A DNA stretch of 64,000 bases from Alphaproteobacteria bacterium (GTDB lineage: Bacteria; Pseudomonadota; Alphaproteobacteria; RF32; CAG-239), in the NCBI GenBank assembly GCA_017528205.1, contig JAFXPE010000004.1, positions 15,079 through 79,078 of the forward strand, in the 5' to 3' direction. The translations under genes were made by a program, and so were the position numbers. The notes under the pieces are model-generated. The model saw only the letters and a program-made list of their open reading frames with translations, was not told the origin of the DNA and did no database searches. Of the stretch, positions 45,515 through 55,723 are shown in pieces; position 1 is the stretch's first letter, and each line of letters opens with the position of its first letter.

Positions 45515-46345
45515 TCATTTGATAAACTCGCTCACCGTATTGTATAAGTCGTCTAAATTTCCCTTATTTTCAAAATTGTGACCGCTATGCGGAACTATCT
45601 CCAACTTATCTTCGGACGACATATATGCGGATAAACCGGATATTGCTTCCGGATTTACCACCTTGTCATCTTCTCCGGCTACCAATAAAATCGGCGTTTT
45701 AATTGCCGGCAGAATTTCCTTGGCGTCATAAGACTTAGCGTCTTCCACAGTTTGATACGAAATTGTGGCCTGTTTACCGAACGGTTTATATTCGTAGTAA
45801 CCGTTTTGTTTCCAGTTGCGGCAAAAATCGGGCATATTCTGCATACAGGTATCCTCCCAATTTTGGCCGCTAACCACCGGCGTTACCGGTATGGTTAAGC
45901 TGACCTTTTCCGGATGTTCATAAGTATATACCAACACCGCCGCCGCGCCGAGCGAATGTCCGGCCAGTGCAAACGGCTGATGATAAAATTCTTGAGTTTC
46001 GGCCCACTCAATCACGGTGTTTAAATCTTCGTCAAAAGTTTTGAGCCTCGCGTTTTCAACCCCGCCGAAACTTTTGCCGATGGAAAAACGGCTGTCAAAC
46101 AAAACCACCGTATAACCCTTATCCAAAAATGCTTGCTTAAGCGTTTGCACCACGGTATGTTCCTTATCGGCGGCCAAACCGTGCTGAATAAACGCCAACT
46201 GATTGCCGGAAGTATCCGACGGCTTGAAAACCTCTACAGCAATATCTTGGTTGTCGGCGTTTTTAATTTGTACTTCTTTGGCGTTGTAGGCCGTAGAACA
46301 AGCCGTTATCACTACCAGAAATATAACACACAGCCACTTTTTCAT
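45515..46345 (-). CDS. Secreted alpha/beta-hydrolase (lipoprotein-like signal)
   Basis: A signal peptide with Cys (...VVITACST...) and the nucleophile elbow GHSLGAA. Confidence 0.6.
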   Translation of the reverse strand: MKKWLCVIFLVVITACSTAYNAKEVQIKNADNQDIAVEVFKPSDTSGNQLAFIQHGLAADKEHTVVQTLKQAFLDKGYTVVLFDSRFSIGKSFGGVENARLKTFDEDLNTVIEWAETQEFYHQPFALAGHSLGAAAVLVYTYEHPEKVSLTIPVTPVVSGQNWEDTCMQNMPDFCRNWKQNGYYEYKPFGKQATISYQTVEDAKSYDAKEILPAIKTPILLVAGEDDKVVNPEAISGLSAYMSSEDKLEIVPHSGHNFENKGNLDDLYNTVSEFIK

Positions 46346-46379
46346 CTCTGTTCTTAGTTTACAAACCGTCGGTGATTAT

Positions 46380-48974
46380 TTAATACTTTCCCTCATAAGC
46401 ATCCAAATAAATCTGTTTCATGTCGCTCATCAGCGGATATACCGGATTGGCGCCGGTGCATTGATCATCAAACGCTAAGCGCACCAGTTTATCCAAATTT
46501 GCCTTAAAGGTCTTTTCAGCAATACCCCATTCGCGAATAGACTTTGGAATACCGATTTTAGCCTTTAAATCAGCAACGGCTTCTATTAGGCGATCTACCT
46601 TTAAATCCGCCGGATCATCTTCATTTACCAAATACAGATTGTGCGCAATCTGTCCATAGCGCTTTTTGGCTTCCGGCGCCTTATATTGTGGGAAAGCAGT
46701 TTGTTTTTTCGGACAATCTGTCGCATTAAAACGTATAACCTGGCAAATCAGGAGCGCATTGGCAATTCCGTGCGGAATATTATACATAGCTCCGAGTTTG
46801 TGCGCCATCGAATGGCAAATTCCCAAAAACGCATTGGCAAACGCCATACCGGCAATAGTCGCGGCATTGTGCATTTTTTCGCGCGCTTTCGGATTTGCCG
46901 CACCTTCGGCATATGCTTGCGGCAAGTAGCGGAAAATCTGCTTAATGGCTTCCAAAGCCAGAGAATTGGTATAATTGGTTGCCATAACCGAAACATAAGC
47001 CTCCAAAGCGTGAACCAAAGCGTCAATACCGCCGGCCGAAGTCAATCCCTTTGGCATACCGTCAACAAAATTGGCGTCAATAATGGCCATTTTCGGGGTT
47101 AAGGCATAATCGGCAATAGCATATTTAACGTGCGTTTCATCATCGGTAATAATCGAAAACGGTGTAACTTCCGAACCGGTACCCGAGGTAGTCGGAATAC
47201 ATACCAAATCAGCCTTTTTGCCCAGTTCCGGAATCGAACAAATACGTTTTCTGATATCCATAAAGCGCATGGAAATATCTTCAAAATCGGTATCCGGCTG
47301 TTCGTACATCAACCAAATGATTTTGCCGACATCCATCGGTGAGCCGCCACCCAAAGCAACGATTAAATCCGGCTGATACGCATTAACCATAGTCATCGCC
47401 TGTTTGGCTGTGGAAAGTGTCGGGTCCGGCTGAACATCAAAGAATATCTGATAATCAATATCCATAGCTTCAAAAGTGTCGGTAATCGTGCGCACTGCAC
47501 CGGAATCAAACAAAAATCTGTCGGTTACGATAAAGGCGCGTTTTTTGCCGGCGTATTCTTGTAATGCCAACTCGGTTGAACCGCGCTTGAAATAAATTTT
47601 TGGAGGTACTCTGAACCACAGCATATTTTCTCTCCTTTCTGCAACTGTTTTATAATTTACCAAATGTTTTACGCCCACGTTTTCGCTCACCGTGTTACCG
47701 CCCCACGAACCGCAACCCAAGGTTAATGACGGTTCCAAGCGGAAATTATACAAATCGCCGATACCTCCTTGCGATGCCGGACTGTTGATTAACACCCGGC
47801 CGGTCGGCATTTTTTGCGCATAAATATCAATGCGGGTTTGGTCTCTTTCATCGGTATAAAGCACCGAAGTATGCCCCAAACCGCCCAAGTTAATCAATGC
47901 ATAGGCAATATCCGTGGCTTTTGCGAAATTATCGGCCTTATACATAGCCAAAATCGGCGAAAGTTTTTCGTGTGCATACGGATTGCTTTCGTCATAAGAA
48001 GTTTGCTCAGCCAGCAAAATTTTGGCGTCTTGCGGAATTTTAAAACCGGCCAATTCGGCAATTTTGCTCGCCGGCTGTCCGACAATGGCCGCATTCACCC
48101 CCTTATCGGTTAAAATGATTTTCTTTAATTTTTCGGTTTCGGTTTTATTCAACAAATAGGCACCGCGATATACAAACTCTTTTTTTACGGCCTCATACAC
48201 ATCTTTTACCACAATTACTGATTGCTCGGAAGCACAAATCATACCGTTATCAAAAGTTTTAGACATCAAAATCGACGACACCGCGTTCACAATATCAGCT
48301 GTTTCGTCAATCACCGCCGGAGTATTACCGGACCCTACACCCAACGCCGGTTTTCCGCTGCTGTAAGCGGCCTTCACCATTCCCAAACCGCCGGTAGCCA
48401 AAATGGCCTGTATCTTCGGATGCGTCATCAAATATTGAGTTAATTCCAAAGACGGCTCATCAATCCAGCCGATAATATCTTGCGGAGCACCTGCCTTAAC
48501 CGCCGCATCAAGCACAACTTTGGCCGCCGCCACGGTACATTTTTTGGCGCGCGGGTGCGGCGAAAAGATGATGCCGTTGCGGGTTTTCAAACAAATCAAA
48601 GACTTAAATATGGCGGTTGAAGTCGGGTTAGTGGTCGGCACCACGCCGGCAATAACACCCAATGGCGAAGCCACGATTTTGGTGCCGTTTATTTTGTCGC
48701 GGCTGATAATGCCGCAAGTTCTTTTGTTTTTATGCTTATTATATATATATTCTGCCGCAAAATGGTTTTTGATGATTTTATCTTCCAAAACTCCCATACC
48801 GGTTTCGGCTACCGCAAACTCGGCCAAATCTATGCGCATTTTGTTGGCTGCCATGGCCGCGGCCTTGAAAATGGCATCAACTTTTGCTTCGGAAAAAGTC
48901 GCAAACTGATTTTGCGCAACATGGACTCTTTCTATTAAAGCATCCAAATCTTTGATTGTTTTGACTTCACTCAT
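46380..48974 (-). CDS. adhE: Bifunctional acetaldehyde-CoA/alcohol dehydrogenase
   Basis: 864 aa: an N-terminal ALDH domain and a C-terminal Fe-ADH domain (...GGGSPMDVGK...), colinear with AdhE. Confidence 0.9.
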   Translation of the reverse strand: MSEVKTIKDLDALIERVHVAQNQFATFSEAKVDAIFKAAAMAANKMRIDLAEFAVAETGMGVLEDKIIKNHFAAEYIYNKHKNKRTCGIISRDKINGTKIVASPLGVIAGVVPTTNPTSTAIFKSLICLKTRNGIIFSPHPRAKKCTVAAAKVVLDAAVKAGAPQDIIGWIDEPSLELTQYLMTHPKIQAILATGGLGMVKAAYSSGKPALGVGSGNTPAVIDETADIVNAVSSILMSKTFDNGMICASEQSVIVVKDVYEAVKKEFVYRGAYLLNKTETEKLKKIILTDKGVNAAIVGQPASKIAELAGFKIPQDAKILLAEQTSYDESNPYAHEKLSPILAMYKADNFAKATDIAYALINLGGLGHTSVLYTDERDQTRIDIYAQKMPTGRVLINSPASQGGIGDLYNFRLEPSLTLGCGSWGGNTVSENVGVKHLVNYKTVAERRENMLWFRVPPKIYFKRGSTELALQEYAGKKRAFIVTDRFLFDSGAVRTITDTFEAMDIDYQIFFDVQPDPTLSTAKQAMTMVNAYQPDLIVALGGGSPMDVGKIIWLMYEQPDTDFEDISMRFMDIRKRICSIPELGKKADLVCIPTTSGTGSEVTPFSIITDDETHVKYAIADYALTPKMAIIDANFVDGMPKGLTSAGGIDALVHALEAYVSVMATNYTNSLALEAIKQIFRYLPQAYAEGAANPKAREKMHNAATIAGMAFANAFLGICHSMAHKLGAMYNIPHGIANALLICQVIRFNATDCPKKQTAFPQYKAPEAKKRYGQIAHNLYLVNEDDPADLKVDRLIEAVADLKAKIGIPKSIREWGIAEKTFKANLDKLVRLAFDDQCTGANPVYPLMSDMKQIYLDAYEGKY

Positions 48975-48976
48975 TT

Positions 48977-50440
48977 TTATTCCTTTCTATTTTCCAATGA
49001 TTGTCCTTTTGCCCCGTATTCCTTAACTTTTTTAGTTGCGTCTTTAAGCGCTCCCAAGCAGGCATTTCCGGCCACACAGCCCCCCGGACAGCACATAATT
49101 TCTAACAAATTTCCGGCCGGACATTGGCCGGTTTTGGCATACATTTTCAAATCGCGTATTGACGTTTTATCTAAGCCGTTGACAATAACCGGTTTGATGG
49201 CATCTTTTTCGCCGCGCCATGCCGCCTGAACGGATTTTGCCACACCGCCGGAAACGGCAAATTCCCTTGCCTCGGTTGAGCTTTGATATGCAAATTCTTT
49301 ATCTGCGCAAGTTTCAATTTCAATACCCAAAGCAATCAACACCGCACCCAATTCTTCAAAGTTCAACAAATAGTTAACGTTCGGATTATCCAAAACTTCG
49401 CGCCGCTTGGCAAAACACGGGCTGATAAACACCGTAACGGCATCCGGATGCTCTTTTTTAACGATTTCGGCCGTATAATAAAGCGGTGTGTGGGCGTCGG
49501 AAACATATGGCTGTATTTCCGGCAGGTGTTTTTTCACCAATTCGTTGTACGCGGCACAACACGATGTAGTCATAAACGGAGCCCCGTTTTTCAGACGCTC
49601 TTGAAAATCTTTGGCCTCGGTAGTGGCGGTTACATCGGCGCCTTGGGCAACTTCATATACCTGACTGAAGCCGATTTTGAGCAACGCATCTTTAATTTGC
49701 CCCGCCGAACATGGCAAATGACCGACCAACGCCGGCGCAAACATAGCAATTACTTCTTTGCCGCTTTTGATTTGTTTCAATATATCAATCACCTGTGATT
49801 TGGCGTGAACAGCGCCAAACGGACAAGCCGAAACGCATTTGCCGCAAGAGATACATTTTTCGGTATCTATACGGGCAAAACCGCGTTCATCTTTAACAAT
49901 TGCACCCACCGGACAGGCATTTTCGCACGGAACCACGGTCTTTACGATTGCACCGTACGGGCAGGAGCTCATACACATACCGCATTTTTTGCACTTATCC
50001 GGATCAATAGATGCTTTACCGTTAACGTGCGAAATGGCACCGAAACGACAAGTGTTCATACACGGACGCGCTACGCATCCTTGACATAAATCGGTAACAT
50101 AAATTCTGGCAGCCTGACAGCTGTGGCAAGCACTTTCTACCACGGTCAACGGATTTGAATCCGGCTTTTGGCGTTGCAACGCTCTTTGCGCATATTCGGA
50201 TAGCAAAGTCTTTTCATCATCATCTTCAATGGAAAAACCCAATCCGGCCAAAGTTCTGGCACGCAATATACCACGTTCTTTATAAACGCAACAGCGAAAC
50301 GGGACATCAGAATATTTCGGACGCATATCATACGGGATAAGCCGCGTATTTTCAGCAAAATTATCAGATAAAAAAGCGCGAATTAAGCGCACTAAAACTT
50401 CTCGTTTTAATCTTTTGGTTTCTAATTCAGAACTAATCAT
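48977..50440 (-). CDS. [FeFe]-hydrogenase-like protein with ferredoxin-type clusters and non-canonical H-cluster motifs (HfsD/sensory-type)
   Basis: Two 4Fe-4S motifs (CKKCGMCMSSCP, CISCGKCVSACP) and H-cluster-like motifs: TSCCAAY (canonical TSCCPxW), SPCFAKRRE (PCxxKxxE) and EIMCCPGGCVAG (MACPGGC). Confidence 0.6.
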   Translation of the reverse strand: MISSELETKRLKREVLVRLIRAFLSDNFAENTRLIPYDMRPKYSDVPFRCCVYKERGILRARTLAGLGFSIEDDDEKTLLSEYAQRALQRQKPDSNPLTVVESACHSCQAARIYVTDLCQGCVARPCMNTCRFGAISHVNGKASIDPDKCKKCGMCMSSCPYGAIVKTVVPCENACPVGAIVKDERGFARIDTEKCISCGKCVSACPFGAVHAKSQVIDILKQIKSGKEVIAMFAPALVGHLPCSAGQIKDALLKIGFSQVYEVAQGADVTATTEAKDFQERLKNGAPFMTTSCCAAYNELVKKHLPEIQPYVSDAHTPLYYTAEIVKKEHPDAVTVFISPCFAKRREVLDNPNVNYLLNFEELGAVLIALGIEIETCADKEFAYQSSTEAREFAVSGGVAKSVQAAWRGEKDAIKPVIVNGLDKTSIRDLKMYAKTGQCPAGNLLEIMCCPGGCVAGNACLGALKDATKKVKEYGAKGQSLENRKE

Positions 50441-50693
50441 TTTTTAACCTTTTCTCTATTGCGGCATAAACTTTTTCAATATCGGCCGCGGAAATTATTT
50501 CATCTTCGACCAGAACGTATGGAGCCTTGGAAAAAGAATCCGCGTGATTACAAGCCCCTAAGCATCTTGCCGACACAATTTCAATTCTGGCCGCATATCT
50601 TTGTGTTAACGCGGTCAAAACCGGCTTAATGGTTCCGCCGCCCATCACAAAACAGGTCGTTCCCTCGCATATCTTTACGGTTACTTTTTCCAT
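50433..50693 (-). CDS. Thioredoxin-like [2Fe-2S] ferredoxin (small HydC/NuoE-like protein)
   Basis: Four-Cys pattern C-x4-C...C-x3-C (...KICEGTTCFVMGG...ARCLGACNHAD...). Confidence 0.5.
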   Translation of the reverse strand: MEKVTVKICEGTTCFVMGGGTIKPVLTALTQRYAARIEIVSARCLGACNHADSFSKAPYVLVEDEIISAADIEKVYAAIEKRLKND

Positions 50694-50702
50694 TTGCCTC
50701 TC

Positions 50703-51863
50703 CTATATATAACTGATTGTTACTTGTTTAAAATATTTATCTTCTAATAATTTTTTCATTTTTTTTATTACCGTGCGACGAACTTCAATTTCTACCGGTA
50801 AGGCTGGATCATAATGCGCCTGATTCAGCATCGCCCCGACCATAAATTCGATAATATCTGACTCCAACAAGAACTTTACCAACAATCCGGCGGCATCTTT
50901 GTGTTGCAGTTCTTCGCGTTCCAAATACTCCGCCGCTCGTGTAAGCGTCAAAATACCTTCGGTTACCAAATCAACACCGTCCATTGCCGCAACCGGCGGC
51001 AAATCTCCGCATTCTGTTTGCGGAATATTAACAATTTCGCGCCTTAACTCGCGAGAAATCATATTTGCAGTTGTCCCACCGCATATAGCTTTTTTACCGC
51101 CGAAAAATCCAAAAGACAAGCAATATTCGCGATCTTTGGATTTATTGTATGGCGGACCGGTAAAAATTAGGGATTTTCGCGGATTTCTGAAGTAGAGAAC
51201 GCTACACGATATATCATCGCCGGCGTGTTGCTCCGGTTCAACCGATAGTGCTTTCTCAATTACCCATTTGGCTAATTCCGAGCTGGATTCTTTGGGATAT
51301 AATTCCAAGTGTGATTTTAAAGCGGTCAGCAAACCCCGGCGCTGAAAACCGAGAGGATATTCCCTTGTACCGATACCGGCCTGAGTTACTCCGTCAGAAC
51401 AAAAAATAATACGGTCACCGACTTCTGCCTGAAAACGATATAAGCGTAAATGTCGATCCGGATATTGCGGTGAGGTAAATTCTTTGTATGCAAGCGGCAA
51501 TTCTTCATTTTTACGCATTAAAACAAACGCCGGATTACCTTCTTCTACCACCCAGACACTGCCATCATTACGGCAATCCACAGCAGAAAAAGTTGCATAG
51601 CTGATTTTGCGAATTTGGCAAATCGGCAGAGAATCCATTATGATTTGTGCCGCCTTACGAATTGAAATATCTTCCTCAATAAACCGCGCCAACATAGTTG
51701 CCGTCATGCATGACAAAATATTGGCTTTAATACCGCTTCCCAAACCGTCTGACAACACGGCAATAAGACGTTTCTGATTGTCAGAACGCTTAGATATGAA
51801 ATAATCACCAAAGGCATTCTGTCCGAACTTTTTGATTTGTGCGCAATCTATATCAATGAACAT
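50703..51863 (-). CDS. PP2C-type (SpoIIE/RsbU-like) serine phosphatase with a C-terminal uncharacterised domain
   Basis: ...FGDYFISKRS...LIAVLSDGLGSGIKANILS... and ...IIFCSDGVTQAG..., the PP2C metal-binding motifs. Confidence 0.7.
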   Translation of the reverse strand: MFIDIDCAQIKKFGQNAFGDYFISKRSDNQKRLIAVLSDGLGSGIKANILSCMTATMLARFIEEDISIRKAAQIIMDSLPICQIRKISYATFSAVDCRNDGSVWVVEEGNPAFVLMRKNEELPLAYKEFTSPQYPDRHLRLYRFQAEVGDRIIFCSDGVTQAGIGTREYPLGFQRRGLLTALKSHLELYPKESSSELAKWVIEKALSVEPEQHAGDDISCSVLYFRNPRKSLIFTGPPYNKSKDREYCLSFGFFGGKKAICGGTTANMISRELRREIVNIPQTECGDLPPVAAMDGVDLVTEGILTLTRAAEYLEREELQHKDAAGLLVKFLLESDIIEFMVGAMLNQAHYDPALPVEIEVRRTVIKKMKKLLEDKYFKQVTISYI

Positions 51864-53576
51864 TTATTCCTCTTCTTCCGGATCATATTCATTGGCAATG
51901 GTGTTTAAAATGCTTTCCGTTTGCACCATGTGTTCACCCAACAAGCAAGCAATCTGCTGAACTGTGGCAATATTTTTATCAATGACTTCCTTAGCCTTTT
52001 GAGCAACCAATTCATGCGAACGATTAACATTCGTCATATCCGTAATCGTTGCTCCGATGCTGATGTTTTCTTCAATCGGGAAAACATGCAAATCGTAAAA
52101 CTTACTATTAAAACGATGATTTTCTTTATGTATCTCTTTATTGCCCGACAAGGCCGAAGCAAACACTTTTTGCGCGTCAAAAAAGTTTTCAATCGGATAA
52201 CCTATTAACTTTTGCGGATCGGATAAATACATTTCCTTATCTGCTTTGACGAACATTTTTATAAAAGCTTCGTTAGCTTCTGAAATTTGCATATTTTTAT
52301 CCAAAATCACCATCGCTGACGGAATATTCTTCAGCAAGGCATCGGCTTTTTTGGTTGCCAACTTACGCATATACGATACACACATCGACGGCTCAGCATC
52401 TCCTTTAAGTAAGGCAATCGCCATATCGTGACAGGTTTGATAACCGCAACCGGCGCAATTGAGTTCGTCTTCCGGTGTATATTTACCGATTTTATGCAGT
52501 GCATTGCGAATATCATCAAGCGAATAAGTTTTAACCTCAATCGGCTGCGGGGTATATTCCTCCATTACCACAACTTCCGGTGCGGTAGGTATTGTATCAC
52601 GATGTTTGATATGTCGCAAAATACGGGAAATATTGTTGGTATCCGAAACGTCTGTCGAAATGCACGGACCATGAATACAGCCGCCGGCACACGCCAAGGC
52701 TTCCACAAAAATCGGATTTTTTATTTCGTCTTCCGTAAAGGAATTAACCGCCAAATCAAATGCTTCCAAAGAACAAACTTGATAAAGCTGGACATTACCG
52801 TTAATACCTACCTTCTTAATGGTTTCATTCATACCGCCATCCATCGGATACAGATTTCCCTCATAAGCGATTTCAGGCACAAAAAACTCGTTGGCACACT
52901 CGCCTTCTTCGGTTTTGCGATCAAGTTCTTTGAGCCAAATTTTCAGCTCTTCAAATGTCAACGCGTAATTCATCAAATTCGGATGGGCATCTGCCTCTTC
53001 TTTTTTGGCGATACACGGACCGACAAATACAACTGCAATATCTTCTCCCAAAGTTTTTCTTAAATATTTGGCATGTGTTAAAGCCGGAGAAGCAATCGGT
53101 ACAATATATTTTGCCAATTCAGGTTTATATAAACGGATATATTTTACAATCACCGGACAGGCACTGGAAATCATCAATCCACGCTCTTTTTGATTTAGAA
53201 GACGTGCCGTTTCTATGGAAACCTCCTGCGCTCCGATTGCCGTTTCGCTCACACCGGCAAAGCCCAATTTTTTCAAGGTGGCAATCATTTGTTTCGAGGT
53301 GCAAGCAAAAGATGCCCGCCAACTCGGTGCCAACGACACATAAACTTTTTTTCCGCTTGCCAGCAACTTGCGCACCGGTTCCAAATCGCTTCTAACCCTT
53401 TTGGCATGGCTCGGACACGGAGCTACGCAACGACCGCAAGAAATACACTTATCGGCCAGAACACGAGCGTGCCCGTCCTGAATCCGAATTGACTTTACCG
53501 GACAACGGCGCACACATTTGTAACAATCTTGGCATTCATTATATAAAGTATATACCGTTCCTGTTATTTCACTCAT
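51864..53576 (-). CDS. Sensory [FeFe]-hydrogenase (HydS/HfsB-like) with a C-terminal PAS domain
   Basis: An N-terminal 4Fe-4S (CQDCYKCVRRCP...CISCGRCVAPCP), an H-cluster-like domain with altered motifs (SSACPVIVKY, GPCIAKKEE, EALACAGGCIHGP), then a PAS-like segment (...SAMVILDKNMQISEANEAFIKMF...). Confidence 0.7.
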   Translation of the reverse strand: MSEITGTVYTLYNECQDCYKCVRRCPVKSIRIQDGHARVLADKCISCGRCVAPCPSHAKRVRSDLEPVRKLLASGKKVYVSLAPSWRASFACTSKQMIATLKKLGFAGVSETAIGAQEVSIETARLLNQKERGLMISSACPVIVKYIRLYKPELAKYIVPIASPALTHAKYLRKTLGEDIAVVFVGPCIAKKEEADAHPNLMNYALTFEELKIWLKELDRKTEEGECANEFFVPEIAYEGNLYPMDGGMNETIKKVGINGNVQLYQVCSLEAFDLAVNSFTEDEIKNPIFVEALACAGGCIHGPCISTDVSDTNNISRILRHIKHRDTIPTAPEVVVMEEYTPQPIEVKTYSLDDIRNALHKIGKYTPEDELNCAGCGYQTCHDMAIALLKGDAEPSMCVSYMRKLATKKADALLKNIPSAMVILDKNMQISEANEAFIKMFVKADKEMYLSDPQKLIGYPIENFFDAQKVFASALSGNKEIHKENHRFNSKFYDLHVFPIEENISIGATITDMTNVNRSHELVAQKAKEVIDKNIATVQQIACLLGEHMVQTESILNTIANEYDPEEEE

Positions 53577-53803
53577 AATTCCTCCAGTATTTTCAATAAT
53601 TCTTCCGGAGTCAGCTTTGAATATTTCTTATTATCAATAAAAACATTCGGACCATCCTGACACGCATCGCTACAACGACATCCGATAAGTTCCAAAGAAT
53701 GCTCTTTTCGATTTTTTTGAATGTAGTCATCTATTAAAGCCAATGTCTTATCGTTGCCGCGCACATAACAAGAACTTCCCAAACATACTTTTATAACAGC
53801 CAT
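53573..53803 (-). CDS. Small thioredoxin-like [2Fe-2S] ferredoxin (HfsA-like)
   Basis: CLGSSCYVRG...CRCSDACQDGP four-Cys pattern; 76 aa. It overlaps the hydS-like start by 4 nt. Confidence 0.5.
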   Translation of the reverse strand: MAVIKVCLGSSCYVRGNDKTLALIDDYIQKNRKEHSLELIGCRCSDACQDGPNVFIDNKKYSKLTPEELLKILEEL

Positions 53804-53951
53804 TTACTCATCCTTTTTTGATTTTTTTATAGCATATTTAACCTGTTCCGTGTTGTCAAGAGCAAATCGCCTGATATCATTTTCAGTAAAAATACCCCCT
53901 TAAACCAGAATTGTGTACTGATTTAAGGGGGTATTTTATCTTGATACTCTT

Positions 53952-55721
53952 TTATTTTTTATATAAAGGACGTTTGCTGTATTTGGTGTGCAACAAGTGG
54001 TGCGATTTTTCGCCACCGGCCGTTCCCAAATAATCGGCATACAGCTTTTTAATCGACTCGTTTTTGTGCGACAAGCGATTTTTGGCTTCTTCATCTTCCG
54101 AATTCAAGCCTTTAGAGCGCAATTTACGAATTTCGTCGTTGATACCCCATGGTTTATCAAACGTTGCGCCCATCACGCGCGGTTGGCCGCCACCGGCAAT
54201 GCAACCGCCCGGACAAGCCATAACCTCAATAAAGTGATACGGCAATTCCGTACCCTCGGCTTTGGCCTTGTTGATGGCCTCCATAACCGGAGCCACATTG
54301 CCAATGCCGTTAACAACAGCTATGCGTACCTTGGTGCCTTTAATATCTATTTCGGCAACTTTAACGGCATCTAAGCCTTCAATTTGCTTAAAGTTGAGAG
54401 CGCCGAGCTCCTCGCCGGTAATATAGAAGTAAGCCGTGCGCAAAGCCGCGGTCATCACCCCGCCGGTTACGCCGAAAATGGTTGCCGCACCGGAATATTC
54501 GCCCAGCGGATTGTCCGCTTCTTCATCCGGAAGTTTTTTGAAGTTGATACCGGCGGCCTTAATCATTTTAGCCAGCTCACGAGTGGTAATCACTTCATCA
54601 ACATCTTGATAACCCGACGAGCTCATAGTTTCGTTGCGCACGTTTTCCCACTTTTTAGCGGTACACGGCATAACCGAAACCACTTTTACTTTAGAGGCAT
54701 CAACACCGGCTTTTTCTGCCCAATAAGTCTTGGCAATCGCGCCTACCATTTGATGCGGCGATTTGCAAGAAGACAGGTTTTCTATATTATCCGGATAATA
54801 TTTTTCCAGATAATCAACCCACGCCGGACAGCATGAAGTAAACATCGGCATACGGTCGTTGCCCGTAAAGCGTTTTACAAACTCGGAAGCTTCTTCAATA
54901 ATCGTCAGATCGGCGCCGAAGTTGGTGTCAAACACTTTGGTAAAACCTAAGCGACGCAATGCAGCATAAATCTTTCCGGTTAAGTTGGTACCGAAATCAA
55001 AACCGAACTCTTCGCCTAAAGCCACACGTACGGCCGGAGCAATCTGCACCACCGTTACGTTTTCCTTGTCATTGAGCAAAGCCGCAACTTTTTGCGTATT
55101 ATCATAGTCGGTAATGGCACCTGTCGGGCAGTGAGCTGCGCATTGTCCGCACTTAATGCACGGAGAATCCATCAATTTAGTATCGTTAGAACCGGTGATT
55201 TTGGTAACAAAACCGCGGTGCAAATAACTCAAAGCCCAAACATTTTGCACGTTTTGGCAGATATTGACGCATCTGCCGCAAACAATACATTTTGCCGGAT
55301 CTAAAACAATCGCCTTGGTAGAATCATCTTTCGGCTCTTGCGAAACCAGTTTGATGATTTCGTTTTGGTCAATTCCCAGCTCAGCAGTAATATCTTGCAA
55401 TTCGCAAGAACCGCTGCGCGAACAATTCAAACAATCATTCGGGTGGTTGCTCAAAATCAGCTTCAGCACGGTTTTTCTGATTTCTTTTAATTCCGCATCC
55501 GAAGTAACAACTTCCATACCCTCAGAAACCGGCGTACAGCAAGAACGCATGATTCTGCCGCCAACTTTTACGATACACATACCGCAACCGGCACTCGGAT
55601 CAACGTCCGGGTGTTTACAAAGTGTCGGAATGTTTATTTGCACTTTTCTGGCGGCGTCCAATATGCTTGTACCGGCTTCAACTTCAACTTCTATATTGTC
55701 AATTTTCAATTTAACCATCAC
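53952..55721 (-). CDS. hydA: [FeFe]-hydrogenase catalytic subunit HydA (trimeric/bifurcating type)
   Basis: An N-terminal 2Fe-2S and ferredoxin-like clusters plus canonical H-cluster motifs: FTSCCPAWVDY, MPCTAKKWE, EVMACPGGCIAGGGQP. Confidence 0.9.
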   Translation of the reverse strand: MMVKLKIDNIEVEVEAGTSILDAARKVQINIPTLCKHPDVDPSAGCGMCIVKVGGRIMRSCCTPVSEGMEVVTSDAELKEIRKTVLKLILSNHPNDCLNCSRSGSCELQDITAELGIDQNEIIKLVSQEPKDDSTKAIVLDPAKCIVCGRCVNICQNVQNVWALSYLHRGFVTKITGSNDTKLMDSPCIKCGQCAAHCPTGAITDYDNTQKVAALLNDKENVTVVQIAPAVRVALGEEFGFDFGTNLTGKIYAALRRLGFTKVFDTNFGADLTIIEEASEFVKRFTGNDRMPMFTSCCPAWVDYLEKYYPDNIENLSSCKSPHQMVGAIAKTYWAEKAGVDASKVKVVSVMPCTAKKWENVRNETMSSSGYQDVDEVITTRELAKMIKAAGINFKKLPDEEADNPLGEYSGAATIFGVTGGVMTAALRTAYFYITGEELGALNFKQIEGLDAVKVAEIDIKGTKVRIAVVNGIGNVAPVMEAINKAKAEGTELPYHFIEVMACPGGCIAGGGQPRVMGATFDKPWGINDEIRKLRSKGLNSEDEEAKNRLSHKNESIKKLYADYLGTAGGEKSHHLLHTKYSKRPLYKK

Positions 55722-55723
55722 GA